Positions 36,684 to 45,825 are shown, counted from the stretch's first letter. The stretch is 58,139 bases of DNA from a virus (IMGVR_UViG_3300039828_000001:1-58139), one strand, 5' to 3'. The notes: generated by a model from the letters alone, not told the origin. A program made the numbers and translations.

Positions 36684-36906
36684 TACGTAAAGGTCGCAAA
36701 ACACCCTGACGGGACGCGGTGACGGGTCGCGCACCCGCACCCGTCGGGGGCTCCACGCCTGGCAGGCGGGAAGTGTGCTGACACTCACTCAGCGAGGCCG
36801 CTTCCGCCTCGCGCCTCGCCTGCCAGGTCACCGGACGCCCCGGCTGCTGCTGACGCCTTCCCCGCGCCGCGCGGCCGGGGCGTTCCTCTGTCCGTAGGCT
36901 GGTGCC

Positions 36907-37224
36907 ATGCCTCAGCCTGAGACCCTGCTCGTCGGCCGCATCCGGAAGGCGATCCTCGTGGAGTTCCCCTCGGCGTTCGTCACGAAGATCGCGGGCGGAG
37001 CCTTCCAGAACGCGGGCCTGCCGGACCTCCTCGTCATCGTTGACGGGCGAGCCGTCGGCCTGGAGGTGAAGTGCCCCGGACCGACCGAGAGCGACGACCA
37101 TGCGCGTGCTCGCGAGACGCTGCGCCAACGCTCAGTGCGCGAGGCGATCGGCCGTGCGGGCGGCGTGGCGGAGGTGATCCTCACGCCCGAGGAGGCGCTG
37201 GCGGCGATCCGCCGCGCGATCTAG
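36907..37224 (+). CDS. VRR-NUC / Holliday junction resolvase-like nuclease
   Basis: E...GLPDLL...LEVK...Q motif. Confidence 0.8.
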   Translation: MPQPETLLVGRIRKAILVEFPSAFVTKIAGGAFQNAGLPDLLVIVDGRAVGLEVKCPGPTESDDHARARETLRQRSVREAIGRAGGVAEVILTPEEALAAIRRAI

Positions 37225-37273
37225 CCCTTTCTGGGGCGTTATCAACCTGTTACAAAATCTCTCCCGTTCGGGG

Positions 37274-37317
37274 TAGCGCGAGCGTGCGGCATGGCATATG
37301 CTTACGTATGTCAGCAC
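37274..37317 (+). promoter_or_regulatory. phage promoter-operator copy
   Basis: TAGCGC-N17-TATGCTTACGTATGTCAGCAC, with upstream element at 37236-37256. Confidence 0.85.
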
Positions 37318-37356
37318 AACGGGGCCGGGAAATCTGGCCGATCGGGAGGAACTACC

Positions 37357-37872
37357 GTGAACGTCACGACCGTCACCAACATGGGCCAGGGCCAGTACCG
37401 TCTCGTGGGCGAGGGCTTCACCGCCACCGCGACGCTCCACCGCTCGTGGGCCAAGACCAAGAAGACCCGCGTCTACCGCACCGAGGCGATTCGTGACGCC
37501 GCGCAGGCAGCGCTGCTGGAGAGGAAGGGCACGGTTGAGCCGACGTGGCCGACCCGCCCCGAAGGCGTCGAGGCGTGGGGCACGTCGGACGCCGACCGTG
37601 CTTTCAAGGCTGCCCTCGATACCGCTCAGGACGAGTTCGTTGCCTATCTGCGGGCCGTCCGACGCATCGAGAAGCCGCTCGTGCACGAGGCCCTGGACGC
37701 GATTGGTGCTTCCGTCGAGAGCCTGTCGTGGAACGCGAAGGCGGGTTGCTCGTGCGGCTGCTCCCCGGCTTACGTCGCCCCGACGACGCTGATCGTCAAG
37801 GCGAACCTGTTCCCGGCCTACGACGAGCCGACCATGTGCGAGTTCGCGATCGAGAGCCTGTTCCTGAAGTGA
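37357..37872 (+). CDS. hypothetical protein with AGCSCGCSP motif
   Basis: GGAGG RBS; Cys motif near the C-terminus. Confidence 0.7.
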   Translation: MNVTTVTNMGQGQYRLVGEGFTATATLHRSWAKTKKTRVYRTEAIRDAAQAALLERKGTVEPTWPTRPEGVEAWGTSDADRAFKAALDTAQDEFVAYLRAVRRIEKPLVHEALDAIGASVESLSWNAKAGCSCGCSPAYVAPTTLIVKANLFPAYDEPTMCEFAIESLFLK

Positions 37873-37917
37873 CCAACCCGGGGCAGGGCCTTCGGGCCTC
37901 GCCCCAAAACTGGGGGT

Positions 37918-37961
37918 TTTGCGATCAGCGTGAGTGGGTGTATGCTTACGTATGTCAGCAC
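37918..37961 (+). promoter_or_regulatory. phage promoter-operator copy
   Basis: TTTGCG-N17-TATGCTTACGTATGTCAGCAC. Confidence 0.85.
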
Positions 37962-37987
37962 GGAACAACTCCGAAGGAGCAAAAATC

Positions 37988-38227
37988 ATGAGCGCCGTCA
38001 CCTTCCGCAAGATCTCCGGAACGAACGTCTACGCCGGAACCCACGCCGACCTGGGCGACGAGCGCACGCTGTACCTCGGCGGAGACGCAAAGAACCCCGC
38101 CACCTACCTTAGCGTGGTCGTCCCCGGGCCGGGTGGCAAGGGGTGGATGGATGCGGCCCGGTCGTGGAGGACGTTCCGGACGCTGGCGGAAGCCGCCGAG
38201 TCGATTCGCAAGAACAAGCAGCGCTGA
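37988..38227 (+). CDS. hypothetical protein
   Basis: AAGGAG RBS. Confidence 0.7.
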   Translation: MSAVTFRKISGTNVYAGTHADLGDERTLYLGGDAKNPATYLSVVVPGPGGKGWMDAARSWRTFRTLAEAAESIRKNKQR

Positions 38228-38320
38228 CGCTCTGATCGGTACCGGGGCAGCCCGGCCGCTAGTCGGCCGGGATGTCTCCGGGGTCAATCAGACCGCCTCT
38301 CCCCCGAAAGGTTCACTCTC

Positions 38321-39340
38321 ATGGCTCACCAGATCACCGACACCGACAATCTGTTTAGCGTGCGGGAAATGCCGTGGCACGGCCTGGGCGTCGTCCTCGA
38401 CGGCTACCCGACCCGCACCGAGGCCCAGCAGATCGCCCTCCCGTGGGAGCCGATCAGCGAGCCGGTCTACCGCCGCGAGGTCGGGTTCGACGCGGACGGC
38501 CAGCCGACCGTCGAGTTCGTGGAGATCGAGGGCTCTAAGGAGGTCCGCCGCACCGACAACGGCGCGGGCCTGGGCGTCGTGAACGACACCTACGAGCCGG
38601 TCTCCAACACCGAGTTGTTCGACATCGCGGAGGCCGTTCAGGGCGAGGCGTCCGACGTGCGCTTCGAGACGGCGGGCTCACTCGACGGTGGCCGGAAGGT
38701 GTGGGTCCTGCTCCGCCTGGACGAGCCCATCCAGGTCCCCGGCGACCCGAACGGCGCAACGATCGCGTTCTATGCGCTCCAGAACTCGCACAACGGCACC
38801 GGCTCGCTCCGGGGCCAGGGCGTGAACACGCGGATCGTCTGCGCGAACACGTCTACCTGGGCCGACATGGAGGCGCAGCGCTCGGGCCACGAGTTCACCT
38901 TCCGCCACTCGAAGAACGTCAAGGACCGCATCGAGGACGCGAAGCAGGCGCTCGCCGGATGGCGCACCTCGGTCAACGAGTGGCTGACGGTCCAGGAGCA
39001 CCTGGTCAGCGTCAAGGTCACCCGCGACCAGCAGGAGGCGTTCATCGAGGCGTTCGTCCCGATGCCCGCCGCGCAGATCGTCTCGAAGCGCGTGCAGACC
39101 AACGTCGCCAACGTCCGCTCGACCCTGTGGGACATCCTCGGCAGCGAGACCTCCGAGGGCGTGGACAAGACCGCCTACGGTCTGGTGCAGGCAGCGGTCG
39201 AGTACGCCCAGCACTACCGCCGCACCCAGTCGTCCAGCGCCCAGGGCCACGCGGAGAACCGCTTCTCCCGGGCGATGCTCGACCGGTCCGAACTGACCCG
39301 CCAGGCTGTCCGCATCGTCCGCCAGGTCGCGGCGGTCTGA
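38321..39340 (+). CDS. DUF932-family phage/plasmid protein
   Basis: PWHGLG, ETAGSLDGGRKVW, NSHNG and RIVCANT. Confidence 0.85.
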   Translation: MAHQITDTDNLFSVREMPWHGLGVVLDGYPTRTEAQQIALPWEPISEPVYRREVGFDADGQPTVEFVEIEGSKEVRRTDNGAGLGVVNDTYEPVSNTELFDIAEAVQGEASDVRFETAGSLDGGRKVWVLLRLDEPIQVPGDPNGATIAFYALQNSHNGTGSLRGQGVNTRIVCANTSTWADMEAQRSGHEFTFRHSKNVKDRIEDAKQALAGWRTSVNEWLTVQEHLVSVKVTRDQQEAFIEAFVPMPAAQIVSKRVQTNVANVRSTLWDILGSETSEGVDKTAYGLVQAAVEYAQHYRRTQSSSAQGHAENRFSRAMLDRSELTRQAVRIVRQVAAV

Positions 39341-39347
39341 TCCACTC

Positions 39348-39373
39348 GGGAGCGGCCCTTCGGGGCCGCTCCC
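39348..39373 (+). terminator. hairpin terminator
   Basis: GGGAGCGGCCC-TTCG-GGGCCGCTCCC. Confidence 0.65.
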
Positions 39374-39396
39374 CTTCCGCCCGGGAGGGCATCGTG

Positions 39397-39738
39397 ATGG
39401 ACCTCGAAGCGTTCCACGCGGGGCACCGGCTCCGCGCGAACCGTCGAGCCAAGACCGCCGAGTGCGCGTGCGGGCAGCCGTTGCCGTGGGTCGGGATCGG
39501 GATGGCCTACGACCAGCACCTGCTGGAGCAGGCGTGGTACGCGGGCGTTTGCTTCGGGGCGCTGGCCGAGGCCGACGCTGCCGCCGAGGCGCGAGCGCGC
39601 GCCGAGGCGTGCGTGTGCAACATCGGGGTGCAGCCCTGTCCGGTGCACCCCGGCAACCTGAGAACCATTGATGAGCGGTTCGCGTTCGAGCGTGCTTGGG
39701 ACGCCGCGTTCCGCCGTAGCCAGAGAGGAACCTCATGA
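39397..39738 (+). CDS. hypothetical Cys/His protein
   Basis: GGAGG RBS; coupled to the next gene. Confidence 0.55.
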   Translation: MDLEAFHAGHRLRANRRAKTAECACGQPLPWVGIGMAYDQHLLEQAWYAGVCFGALAEADAAAEARARAEACVCNIGVQPCPVHPGNLRTIDERFAFERAWDAAFRRSQRGTS

Positions 39739-40052
39739 CCACCATCGAGACCGACCGCCCCGAGCGGCGGGGCACCCCGGACACGCGCCGGGCCGCCCTC
39801 GACCTGCTGACCGACGCCCGGCGCGACCCGGACGCGTTCACGCGGCGCGGTCTCTGGGAGTCCGCCAACCCTCGCCGCTCGGCGTGGCGCACGTTCAGCC
39901 TCGCCGCGAACATGGCCGCGCGGCTCTCGACTCGCGCTCTGCTCAGCGAGTCGGGCAACGCCCACCTGTGGGCCGAGGTGTTCGCCCTCCTGAACGACCG
40001 CAAGGAGCGCGCCCTCGCGTGGCCCTTCCAGACGCCCGTGAAGCGGGGCTGA
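39735..40052 (+). CDS. hypothetical protein
   Basis: GAGGA RBS; ATGA overlap. Confidence 0.6.
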   Translation: MTTIETDRPERRGTPDTRRAALDLLTDARRDPDAFTRRGLWESANPRRSAWRTFSLAANMAARLSTRALLSESGNAHLWAEVFALLNDRKERALAWPFQTPVKRG

Positions 40053-40056
40053 GGCG

Positions 40057-40344
40057 ATGAGGTACGCGGGGCCGCTCCCGTTCCCCGTCGAGACGCTGGG
40101 GGACCTCTGGGACCTCCCTGATGCCGTCCGCGCTGAGATTGAGCGCGTGCAGGCGGAGGAGGCCGGGGCGCGCCGGATGTACGACGACCAGTGCGACGCG
40201 CTGGAGTCGTCCGAGGAGCAGACCCGGTACGCTTCCACGCTGCTCGACAACCTGGATACCGAACTCCAGCGGGCGGCGAGCCTGCCCGACTTCCGCAAGA
40301 CGTTCGCCCGGCTCGTGCGCGAGTCGGACTTTGAGAGGAACTGA
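40057..40344 (+). CDS. hypothetical coiled-coil protein
   Basis: GAGG RBS. Confidence 0.6.
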   Translation: MRYAGPLPFPVETLGDLWDLPDAVRAEIERVQAEEAGARRMYDDQCDALESSEEQTRYASTLLDNLDTELQRAASLPDFRKTFARLVRESDFERN

Positions 40345-40347
40345 CCG

Positions 40348-40518
40348 ATGCGCGTGAACTACGACAACGAACCCGACCGTGTGTGTGCCGCGTGCGGCAA
40401 GAAGTTGAACGCCGACGAGGGCGTGGGAACCGTCCTGAAGGGCCTGAGCGGCCCGCTGTGCGGCCCGCACTACCGCGAGTTCAAGAAGAAGTTGCAGGAC
40501 AAGGAGAAGGGCAAGTAG
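40348..40518 (+). CDS. small Zn-finger protein
   Basis: CAAC...LCGPH; GAGGA RBS. Confidence 0.55.
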   Translation: MRVNYDNEPDRVCAACGKKLNADEGVGTVLKGLSGPLCGPHYREFKKKLQDKEKGK

Positions 40519-40554
40519 CCCGATCCCAGGCCACCGGGACGGTACCGTGCGGGC

Positions 40555-41544
40555 ATGGCAATCTACCCCGCAGGGCATTACCGCCCGGTGGCCTGGGCTG
40601 AGGCACGAGACGACTCCACCCCGGCGAACATGGCCGTGCTGCACGTCACCGCATCGCTGGCTGACTCGCAGTTCAACTACTTCAACAACCCGAGGAACGG
40701 CGCCTGCTCGAACTTCCACGTCGCGCTGGACGGCAACGTGGAGCAGTACATCGACACCGACCGGCTCTCGGCCGCCGAGGTCGAGGGCAGCAACGACGCA
40801 ATCTCCATCGAGACGGCGGGACTCGGCAGCGGAAAGTGGACGGACGCTCAGGTCATCTCGCTCATCGCGCTGCTCGCGTGGATCAGCGCGACGCACGGTA
40901 TCCCGCTGTCCGCGAAGCAGACCTCCCGGCCGGACGAGGCGGGCATCGGCTGGCACCGGCTCGGCATCGTCGGGACGTTCCCGCTGGAGCCCGCGATCCT
41001 GCGCGGCCGGAACCAGCGTCCCCTCGAAGGCACCGAGGCGTGGAGCACGCACCGGGGCAAGGTCTGCCCAGGAAACGACCGGATCCTCCAGATCCCGGAC
41101 CTGATCGGCGCCGCACGCGGGTTCGCCCTGCCGCCTGCCGTGCCGATCGCGCAGCCGGTCTTCCCGACGCAGCCGCCCGTCACGATCGCCCCGCCGACGG
41201 CTCGGCCGGACGACCTGCTACTAGATGGCTGGTTCGGCTCGAAGACGGCTCGCGCTCTCCAGGCTCGCCTGGGCAGCGTGGTCGATGGGGTCATCTCCTC
41301 GCAGCGGGCGAGCACTCCGGCCCGCACGAAGTACCTCACGGCATTCGAGTGGGTGGCTAAGCCCGAGGGTTCCAAGGCGCTCGCTCTCGTGCAGGAGCGC
41401 CTGGGCGTGGGCACGGACGGCATCCTCGGACCGATCACGACTCGGGCCTGGCAGGAGCGCCTGGGTGTGAAGGAAGATGGGGTGTTCGGACCTCGCACGA
41501 CCTCCGCGCTCCAGGGCGCGCTGAACGAAGGACGGATCTGGTGA
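40555..41544 (+). CDS. endolysin (N-acetylmuramoyl-L-alanine amidase plus peptidoglycan-binding repeats)
   Basis: VLHVT, SIET, GWH and KVCPG Zn-amidase motifs; repeated DG..G..T..ALQ. Confidence 0.9.
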   Translation: MAIYPAGHYRPVAWAEARDDSTPANMAVLHVTASLADSQFNYFNNPRNGACSNFHVALDGNVEQYIDTDRLSAAEVEGSNDAISIETAGLGSGKWTDAQVISLIALLAWISATHGIPLSAKQTSRPDEAGIGWHRLGIVGTFPLEPAILRGRNQRPLEGTEAWSTHRGKVCPGNDRILQIPDLIGAARGFALPPAVPIAQPVFPTQPPVTIAPPTARPDDLLLDGWFGSKTARALQARLGSVVDGVISSQRASTPARTKYLTAFEWVAKPEGSKALALVQERLGVGTDGILGPITTRAWQERLGVKEDGVFGPRTTSALQGALNEGRIW

Positions 41545-41813
41545 ATCTGGACGACAACGGAACGGTGACCGAGTTCACCGACGACTACACCGACGCGGTG
41601 TCCCCTCTCGTACGAACGGTCGCCTACTTCACGGCTGCGATCGGCGCGGTCACGATCGCGCTGATCGTAGGCGTGATCGCCCTGTGGCTGCCCGAGTACG
41701 CGGAGAAGGCGATGGCGACGGGCGGCCTCGTGACGACGTTCCTCGCGGGCGTCGCAGGCGTGCTCGGCGTGATCTACCGGCCGACGCAGTACCCGACCAT
41801 CTCGGCTCAGTAG
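41541..41813 (+). CDS. holin
   Basis: Two TM helices; coupled to the endolysin. Confidence 0.7.
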   Translation: MNLDDNGTVTEFTDDYTDAVSPLVRTVAYFTAAIGAVTIALIVGVIALWLPEYAEKAMATGGLVTTFLAGVAGVLGVIYRPTQYPTISAQ

Positions 41814-41837
41814 GACAAACGCGCTGCTCAGAGTGGG

Positions 41838-41881
41838 TAGCGCGTTTGTCGCGGTGCGTGTATGCTTACGTACGTCAGCAC
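41838..41881 (+). promoter_or_regulatory. phage promoter-operator copy
   Basis: TAGCGC-N17-TATGCTTACGTACGTCAGCAC. Confidence 0.85.
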
Positions 41882-41905
41882 AACCCGTTCCACTGGAGGC
41901 CCGTC

Positions 41906-42097
41906 GTGAAGAAGGAACTGCGAGACCGGATGCGCAAGGCCGAGGTCCAGGGATTCACCTGGCGGCTGAGCACTCGGGGTCACGTCATCGTCCAGAAGGA
42001 CGGACGGACAGTCGCCGTGTTCTCCGGGACGCCGAGCGACCTTCGGGCGTGGAAGAACTCGACGGCCGACCTGAAGCGAGCGGGCTTCCGCCCGTAA
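41906..42097 (+). CDS. HicA-like mRNA interferase
   Basis: QGF...RGH...SGTPSD.R..KN..ADLKRAG; 63 aa, basic. Confidence 0.65.
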   Translation: MKKELRDRMRKAEVQGFTWRLSTRGHVIVQKDGRTVAVFSGTPSDLRAWKNSTADLKRAGFRP

Positions 42098-42152
42098 GAG
42101 ACCTGGGGGCGGGCTCCGGCCCGCTCCCGCTACCGATGAAAGGAGCGCCACG

Positions 42153-42395
42153 ATGCGCTACCGCGTGCGCGTGACCTTCCAGGACCTTCTGGAGGACTTC
42201 CAGATCGACGCGCTTATGGAGACGTTCTCGCTGGCCACGTCGGTCAGCGGCGAGCGGCTGACCGTCGAGGTGTGGTCGGGCAACAGCGTGGACGTGCTGC
42301 GGCGTCTCGCCGTCGGGCTCGCGGAGGCTGCCGCCTTCGGGTACGGCCTGCCCGCCGTGAAGCAGATCCGGATCACTGCCCTTCGGGGCGAGTGA
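42153..42395 (+). CDS. hypothetical protein
   Basis: AAGGAG RBS. Confidence 0.65.
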   Translation: MRYRVRVTFQDLLEDFQIDALMETFSLATSVSGERLTVEVWSGNSVDVLRRLAVGLAEAAAFGYGLPAVKQIRITALRGE

Positions 42396-42429
42396 CCTTC
42401 TGCCCTCCCCCTACCGAAAGGAACGAAAC

Positions 42430-42882
42430 GTGCATATCAAGTGGAAGCGGCTCGACCGCGCCACTGCCCAGATCACGGCCTACGCGGGGGCGATCCTCGC
42501 TCTTGGGCTCGGCTCAGGCATCCTCATCGGCGCCGAGTTGGAGCCGCCCGAGGTAGTTGAAATCCGGACTACCGTCACGCTGGCGAAGCCGCCCGTGTGC
42601 GAGTACGCGATCGAGGCTGGCCGGGCGGAGATGTCCTTCGCGAAGGACCGCGACCGCGCGTCGAACGACGCGACCGTGCACGGCGACCTCGCCGCCGCCG
42701 CCGCGAATCTCGGTCACGTCAACGAGAGGCTGACGGAGCAGGACCTCGCCAACCAGTTCGAGTTGGACCGCGACACCGCCGAGTTCGCCCGGATCGGCGC
42801 GGAGCAGTCGTTCATGACCCACGCCGCTGCCTGCGACACCTGGGAGGTCGCGCAGCGCTTCACCGAGAGGATCCTCCAGTGA
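42430..42882 (+). CDS. membrane-anchored protein
   Basis: N-terminal TM helix; AAAGGA RBS. Confidence 0.65.
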   Translation: MHIKWKRLDRATAQITAYAGAILALGLGSGILIGAELEPPEVVEIRTTVTLAKPPVCEYAIEAGRAEMSFAKDRDRASNDATVHGDLAAAAANLGHVNERLTEQDLANQFELDRDTAEFARIGAEQSFMTHAAACDTWEVAQRFTERILQ

Positions 42883-43250
42883 CCCGCTCCACGCCCACGA
42901 TGCCCCACGCCTACCCGGCCGGTAACTACGGGAGGGTGCGCTACTACCTCGGCCACGGCCAGTCGTTCAACCACTCGTCCATGGCGGCGTACCGCGTACC
43001 GACCCCGGATTGGGGCCTGAACTCCGTTCTGAGAGACCCGGGACGCCTTCTCGGGGAAGACCGCGAGCGCTGGCTCCGGGACGCTCAGAACGTCGCCTAC
43101 GTGGTCTGGTCGTACCGCACGCCCGTCTGGTGGGTGACGTGGGACGGCACGGTCTACGCCGCGATGGACGTAGGCGGCGTGACGACCGCCAAGCACCGCA
43201 ACCTCGCGCTCGCCTGGGCGTGGGTCCCGACTTCCGAGGAGACGCTGTGA
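42879..43250 (+). CDS. hypothetical protein
   Basis: YVVWSYRTPVWW...TTAKH motif; GTGA overlap. Confidence 0.65.
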   Translation: MTRSTPTMPHAYPAGNYGRVRYYLGHGQSFNHSSMAAYRVPTPDWGLNSVLRDPGRLLGEDRERWLRDAQNVAYVVWSYRTPVWWVTWDGTVYAAMDVGGVTTAKHRNLALAWAWVPTSEETL

Positions 43251-43588
43251 TTGCTGACGACACTGCCTGCGACCCGTTCGAGGAGATGCCCGAGGCTGCT
43301 CCGGCCGAGCCGGGCTACCGCCCGGCCGACCTGACCTCCCGGCAGGCCGCGCTGCTGGACCACCTGCTCGACCTCGCGCGTGATCTCGAGGCACCTACCG
43401 CGAAGGCGGCGGGCGAGGCGCTGATCCGGATCACGTCCATCGCGTTCGACGCGCCGCTGCCCGAGCCGGTCGAGCGGGAGGGCGGCCTGGTGGGAGCCCT
43501 GTTCGGCAACCCGATCCGCCACGAGAAGGGTGACCGGCCCGAGCCGAGGATCATCGAGGTCGAGCCGGACCCGGAGCCCGAGCCGTGA
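43247..43588 (+). CDS. hypothetical protein
   Basis: GAGGAG RBS; overlap coupling. Confidence 0.55.
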   Translation: MIADDTACDPFEEMPEAAPAEPGYRPADLTSRQAALLDHLLDLARDLEAPTAKAAGEALIRITSIAFDAPLPEPVEREGGLVGALFGNPIRHEKGDRPEPRIIEVEPDPEPEP

Positions 43589-43959
43589 GCCGGGCGCTGT
43601 TCGAGAAGACCCGGCTGAACTGCGCCGACCAGGATCCGGAGATGTTCTTCCGGTGGGAGAAGGCGCACACCGCCGAGAAGAAGATCGAGCAGGCCGCCGA
43701 GGCGTTCGACGTGTGCTACCCCTGCCCTCAGCGGGTCGTGTGCGCGCTGCGCTCCCTGACTGCCGAGACGGGCGTGCTCCGGCACGGCATCTGGGGTGCG
43801 ACCACGCCCGCTGAGCGGCGCGAGATGGTCCGCAAGGGCGTCCGTACCGAGCGCGACGTGTGGAACGCGCTGGAGGTCATCGACCGCCGCACGATCGAGC
43901 GGCGCGTCAACGGGACCAAGCCGACCAAGGCCGCGCCGACCGAGGACGGTGAGTCGTGA
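43585..43959 (+). CDS. whiB: WhiB-family transcription factor
   Basis: C...DPEMFF...CxxCPxxxxC...GIWG..T..ER. Confidence 0.85.
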   Translation: MSRALFEKTRLNCADQDPEMFFRWEKAHTAEKKIEQAAEAFDVCYPCPQRVVCALRSLTAETGVLRHGIWGATTPAERREMVRKGVRTERDVWNALEVIDRRTIERRVNGTKPTKAAPTEDGES

Positions 43960-44255
43960 GCGAGGAGTTCAGCGCCGCTGTCCGCGCGAAGGCGGCTCGG
44001 TACATCCGGCAGGAGCGGGTCATGCAGGACGCTGACAAGGCCGAGGTGTGGTGGGTGGAGGGCGGCGATCCGAACCGCCCCTACCGCGTGCAGGTGACGC
44101 TCGACGGACGCGAGGTGCTGGCGGTGACGTGCTCATGCCCGCACGGCTCGCACACGGGCGGGGGCGAGGCGCGCTGCGCGCACGCCCTCGCCGCGCTGGT
44201 GAAGATACGGGACAAGGCCGAGACGAAGGGAGAGACCGATGGAGGTTCGCGTTGA
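43956..44255 (+). CDS. SWIM Zn-finger protein
   Basis: YRV...CSCP...CAHALA. Confidence 0.7.
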   Translation: MSEEFSAAVRAKAARYIRQERVMQDADKAEVWWVEGGDPNRPYRVQVTLDGREVLAVTCSCPHGSHTGGGEARCAHALAALVKIRDKAETKGETDGGSR

Positions 44256-44784
44256 CGGCACGAACGTCGGCCAGCGCTGGCGCGTGACCGGCATCCGGGA
44301 GGGCGACACGGGCGGACCCAAGCGGGTCATGCTGGAGTTCTGGGTCGAGTTCGAGAGCGGCGAGCACGTTCCGGTGCACCTGCCGCTCTCGTTCGACCCG
44401 GAACTGGCCCGCCGTCTCGGAGGGTACCTGATCGAGATGGCTGACCACGCCGAGCCGGGCGGGGCGCAGACGGGCTTGGGGGACCGACTGCGCGCGGTCA
44501 TGTCGCAGATCGAGTTCTACGACATGCACGGGCCGTACCTCGAACTCTGCGCCGAGGCCGAGCGGCTGGAGCGGGAGCGGGACGAGTGGCGCGACGTCGC
44601 CCAGACGAACGCCGAGCACCACAAGCGGGCGCGCGCTCAGATCGAGCGGGTGCGGGCCGTTGCGGATGACCTCGACCGGCCTCGCATGTGGCCGAACACG
44701 AGCGACTGGACGGCTCGGCGGGGCGCTATGACGCAGGCAGCGGCCGACATCCGCGCCGCCCTCGACCCGGAGGCGGGACTGTGA
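44239..44784 (+). CDS. hypothetical protein
   Basis: AAGGGAG RBS; coiled-coil C-terminus. Confidence 0.6.
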   Translation: MEVRVDGTNVGQRWRVTGIREGDTGGPKRVMLEFWVEFESGEHVPVHLPLSFDPELARRLGGYLIEMADHAEPGGAQTGLGDRLRAVMSQIEFYDMHGPYLELCAEAERLERERDEWRDVAQTNAEHHKRARAQIERVRAVADDLDRPRMWPNTSDWTARRGAMTQAAADIRAALDPEAGL

Positions 44785-44966
44785 GCGCCCGGGTCCGCGT
44801 CATCGGACGCGAGGGGCTGTGGGAGTTGCTGCGCCGCCCCTGGCATGTCCGCTGCTCCGAGTGCCGAACCGTGGGCCGTCACCGGCTCCTCGCGCGTGCC
44901 ATGGCGCAGCGTGACGCTCACGCGGTGGCGCACCGTCTGGGCGACTGGGCGGAGGCGCTCTCATGA
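44781..44966 (+). CDS. small hypothetical protein
   Basis: GTGA overlap; WHVRCSEC. Confidence 0.5.
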   Translation: MSARVRVIGREGLWELLRRPWHVRCSECRTVGRHRLLARAMAQRDAHAVAHRLGDWAEALS

Positions 44967-45193
44967 CCGGAGCACGCGAACGGCTCGACGCGATCGGGGC
45001 GCGGGTGACTGCGTTCCCAGACGATGCCGACCTCGCCGCCATGCACGCGGCGCTGACGGTCATCCAGGGTCACGCCGACTCGGCAGCCGTAGCCGAGATC
45101 GACACGGACTACGACCGTGGATACGCCGCCGCCATGCAGAACGTCGCCGCGCTCATCGAGGCCGCGCTCCAGCCGAAGGAGGACCGCTCGTGA
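44963..45193 (+). CDS. hypothetical protein
   Basis: GGAGG RBS. Confidence 0.6.
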   Translation: MTGARERLDAIGARVTAFPDDADLAAMHAALTVIQGHADSAAVAEIDTDYDRGYAAAMQNVAALIEAALQPKEDRS

Positions 45194-45390
45194 GAGACCT
45201 CGACGGACTGGCGGGTCTGGCCGCACGGGGGGCGATGGACCCGGCCGAGTACCTGGCTCAGTGCGATGCCGTGCACCCGATCACTCGGGATCAGTGCGCG
45301 CAGGTGCGCCACCCCAAGGGCACGAAGCACTGGCACGAGTGGAGCAACTTCACCGGCACCGGATACACGTGGAAGGCCGAAACCGAGTAG
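45190..45390 (+). CDS. hypothetical protein
   Basis: AAGGAGG RBS; GTGA overlap. Confidence 0.55.
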   Translation: MRDLDGLAGLAARGAMDPAEYLAQCDAVHPITRDQCAQVRHPKGTKHWHEWSNFTGTGYTWKAETE

Positions 45391-45428
45391 CGCGGGCTCG
45401 CCCGACGTGATACGGTTACGTAAGTAAC
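45388..45428 (+). promoter_or_regulatory. promoter-operator variant driving the Y RNA array
   Basis: TAGCGC-N17-TACGGT overlapping GTTAC-GTAA-GTAAC. Confidence 0.7.
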
Positions 45429-45431
45429 AAC

Positions 45432-45577
45432 GGAACGGCGCGATGCGCAGGAGCGGGTTACTCCTTTCGAAAAGGCCTGGTTGCGGGTTCGAGCCCCGCC
45501 ACCCGAGTACCTTCGGGTGTAACTCAATTGGCAGAGTGGGTAAAATTTCCCGCTCCGACTTGATCACGCGCCGTTTC
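45432..45577 (+). ncRNA. yrlA: Y RNA 1, YrlA type (permuted tRNA-like domain)
   Basis: Closing stem AACGGCGCG/CGCGCCGTT; stem GGAGCGGG/CCCGCTCC; T arm GCGGG-TTCGAGC-CCCGC; capped acceptor CACCCGA/TCGGGTG; D arm ACTC-AATTGGCA-GAGT; upstream of Ro60. Confidence 0.85.
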
Positions 45578-45590
45578 ACTACAATCGAAT

Positions 45591-45729
45591 ATCCGAGATG
45601 CGCAGGAACAGGCTACTTCGGGAACCGCCTATCCCAGGTTCAAATCCTGGCCCGCCGACTCGTCGGCGGGTAGCCAAGCGGCCTAAGGCAGCGGTTATAG
45701 CCGCCTGATCCGACTTTGAACTCTCGGGT
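45591..45729 (+). ncRNA. yrlA: Y RNA 2, YrlA type
   Basis: ATCCGAG/CTCGGGT closing stem; T arm CCAGG-TTCAAAT-CCTGG; capped acceptor CCCGCCGA/TCGGCGGG; D arm GCC-AAGCGGCCTAA-GGC. Confidence 0.85.
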
Positions 45730-45744
45730 TTTACAATTAAATAT

Positions 45745-45817
45745 GTTGCAGTTGCGAAGGCACCGGTTACTTCACTCTCATTGAAACCCATCCGGCGCCA
45801 TCTAGATTCTCTGCAAC
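45745..45817 (+). ncRNA. Y RNA 3, minimal (no tRNA module)
   Basis: GTTGCAG/CTGCAAC stem, TGCG internal loop, GGCACCGG/CCGGCGCC stem and TTACTTC motif, as in Y1 and Y2. Confidence 0.7.
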
Positions 45818-45825
45818 TCTCCGTC

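Noticed and set aside
45480-45700. Two tRNA genes (GGTTCGA / GGTTCAAATCC T loops and D arms)
   Set aside because: The order is T arm, capped acceptor stem, D arm, with no free CCA end. This is the permuted YrlA layout, not a translating tRNA.
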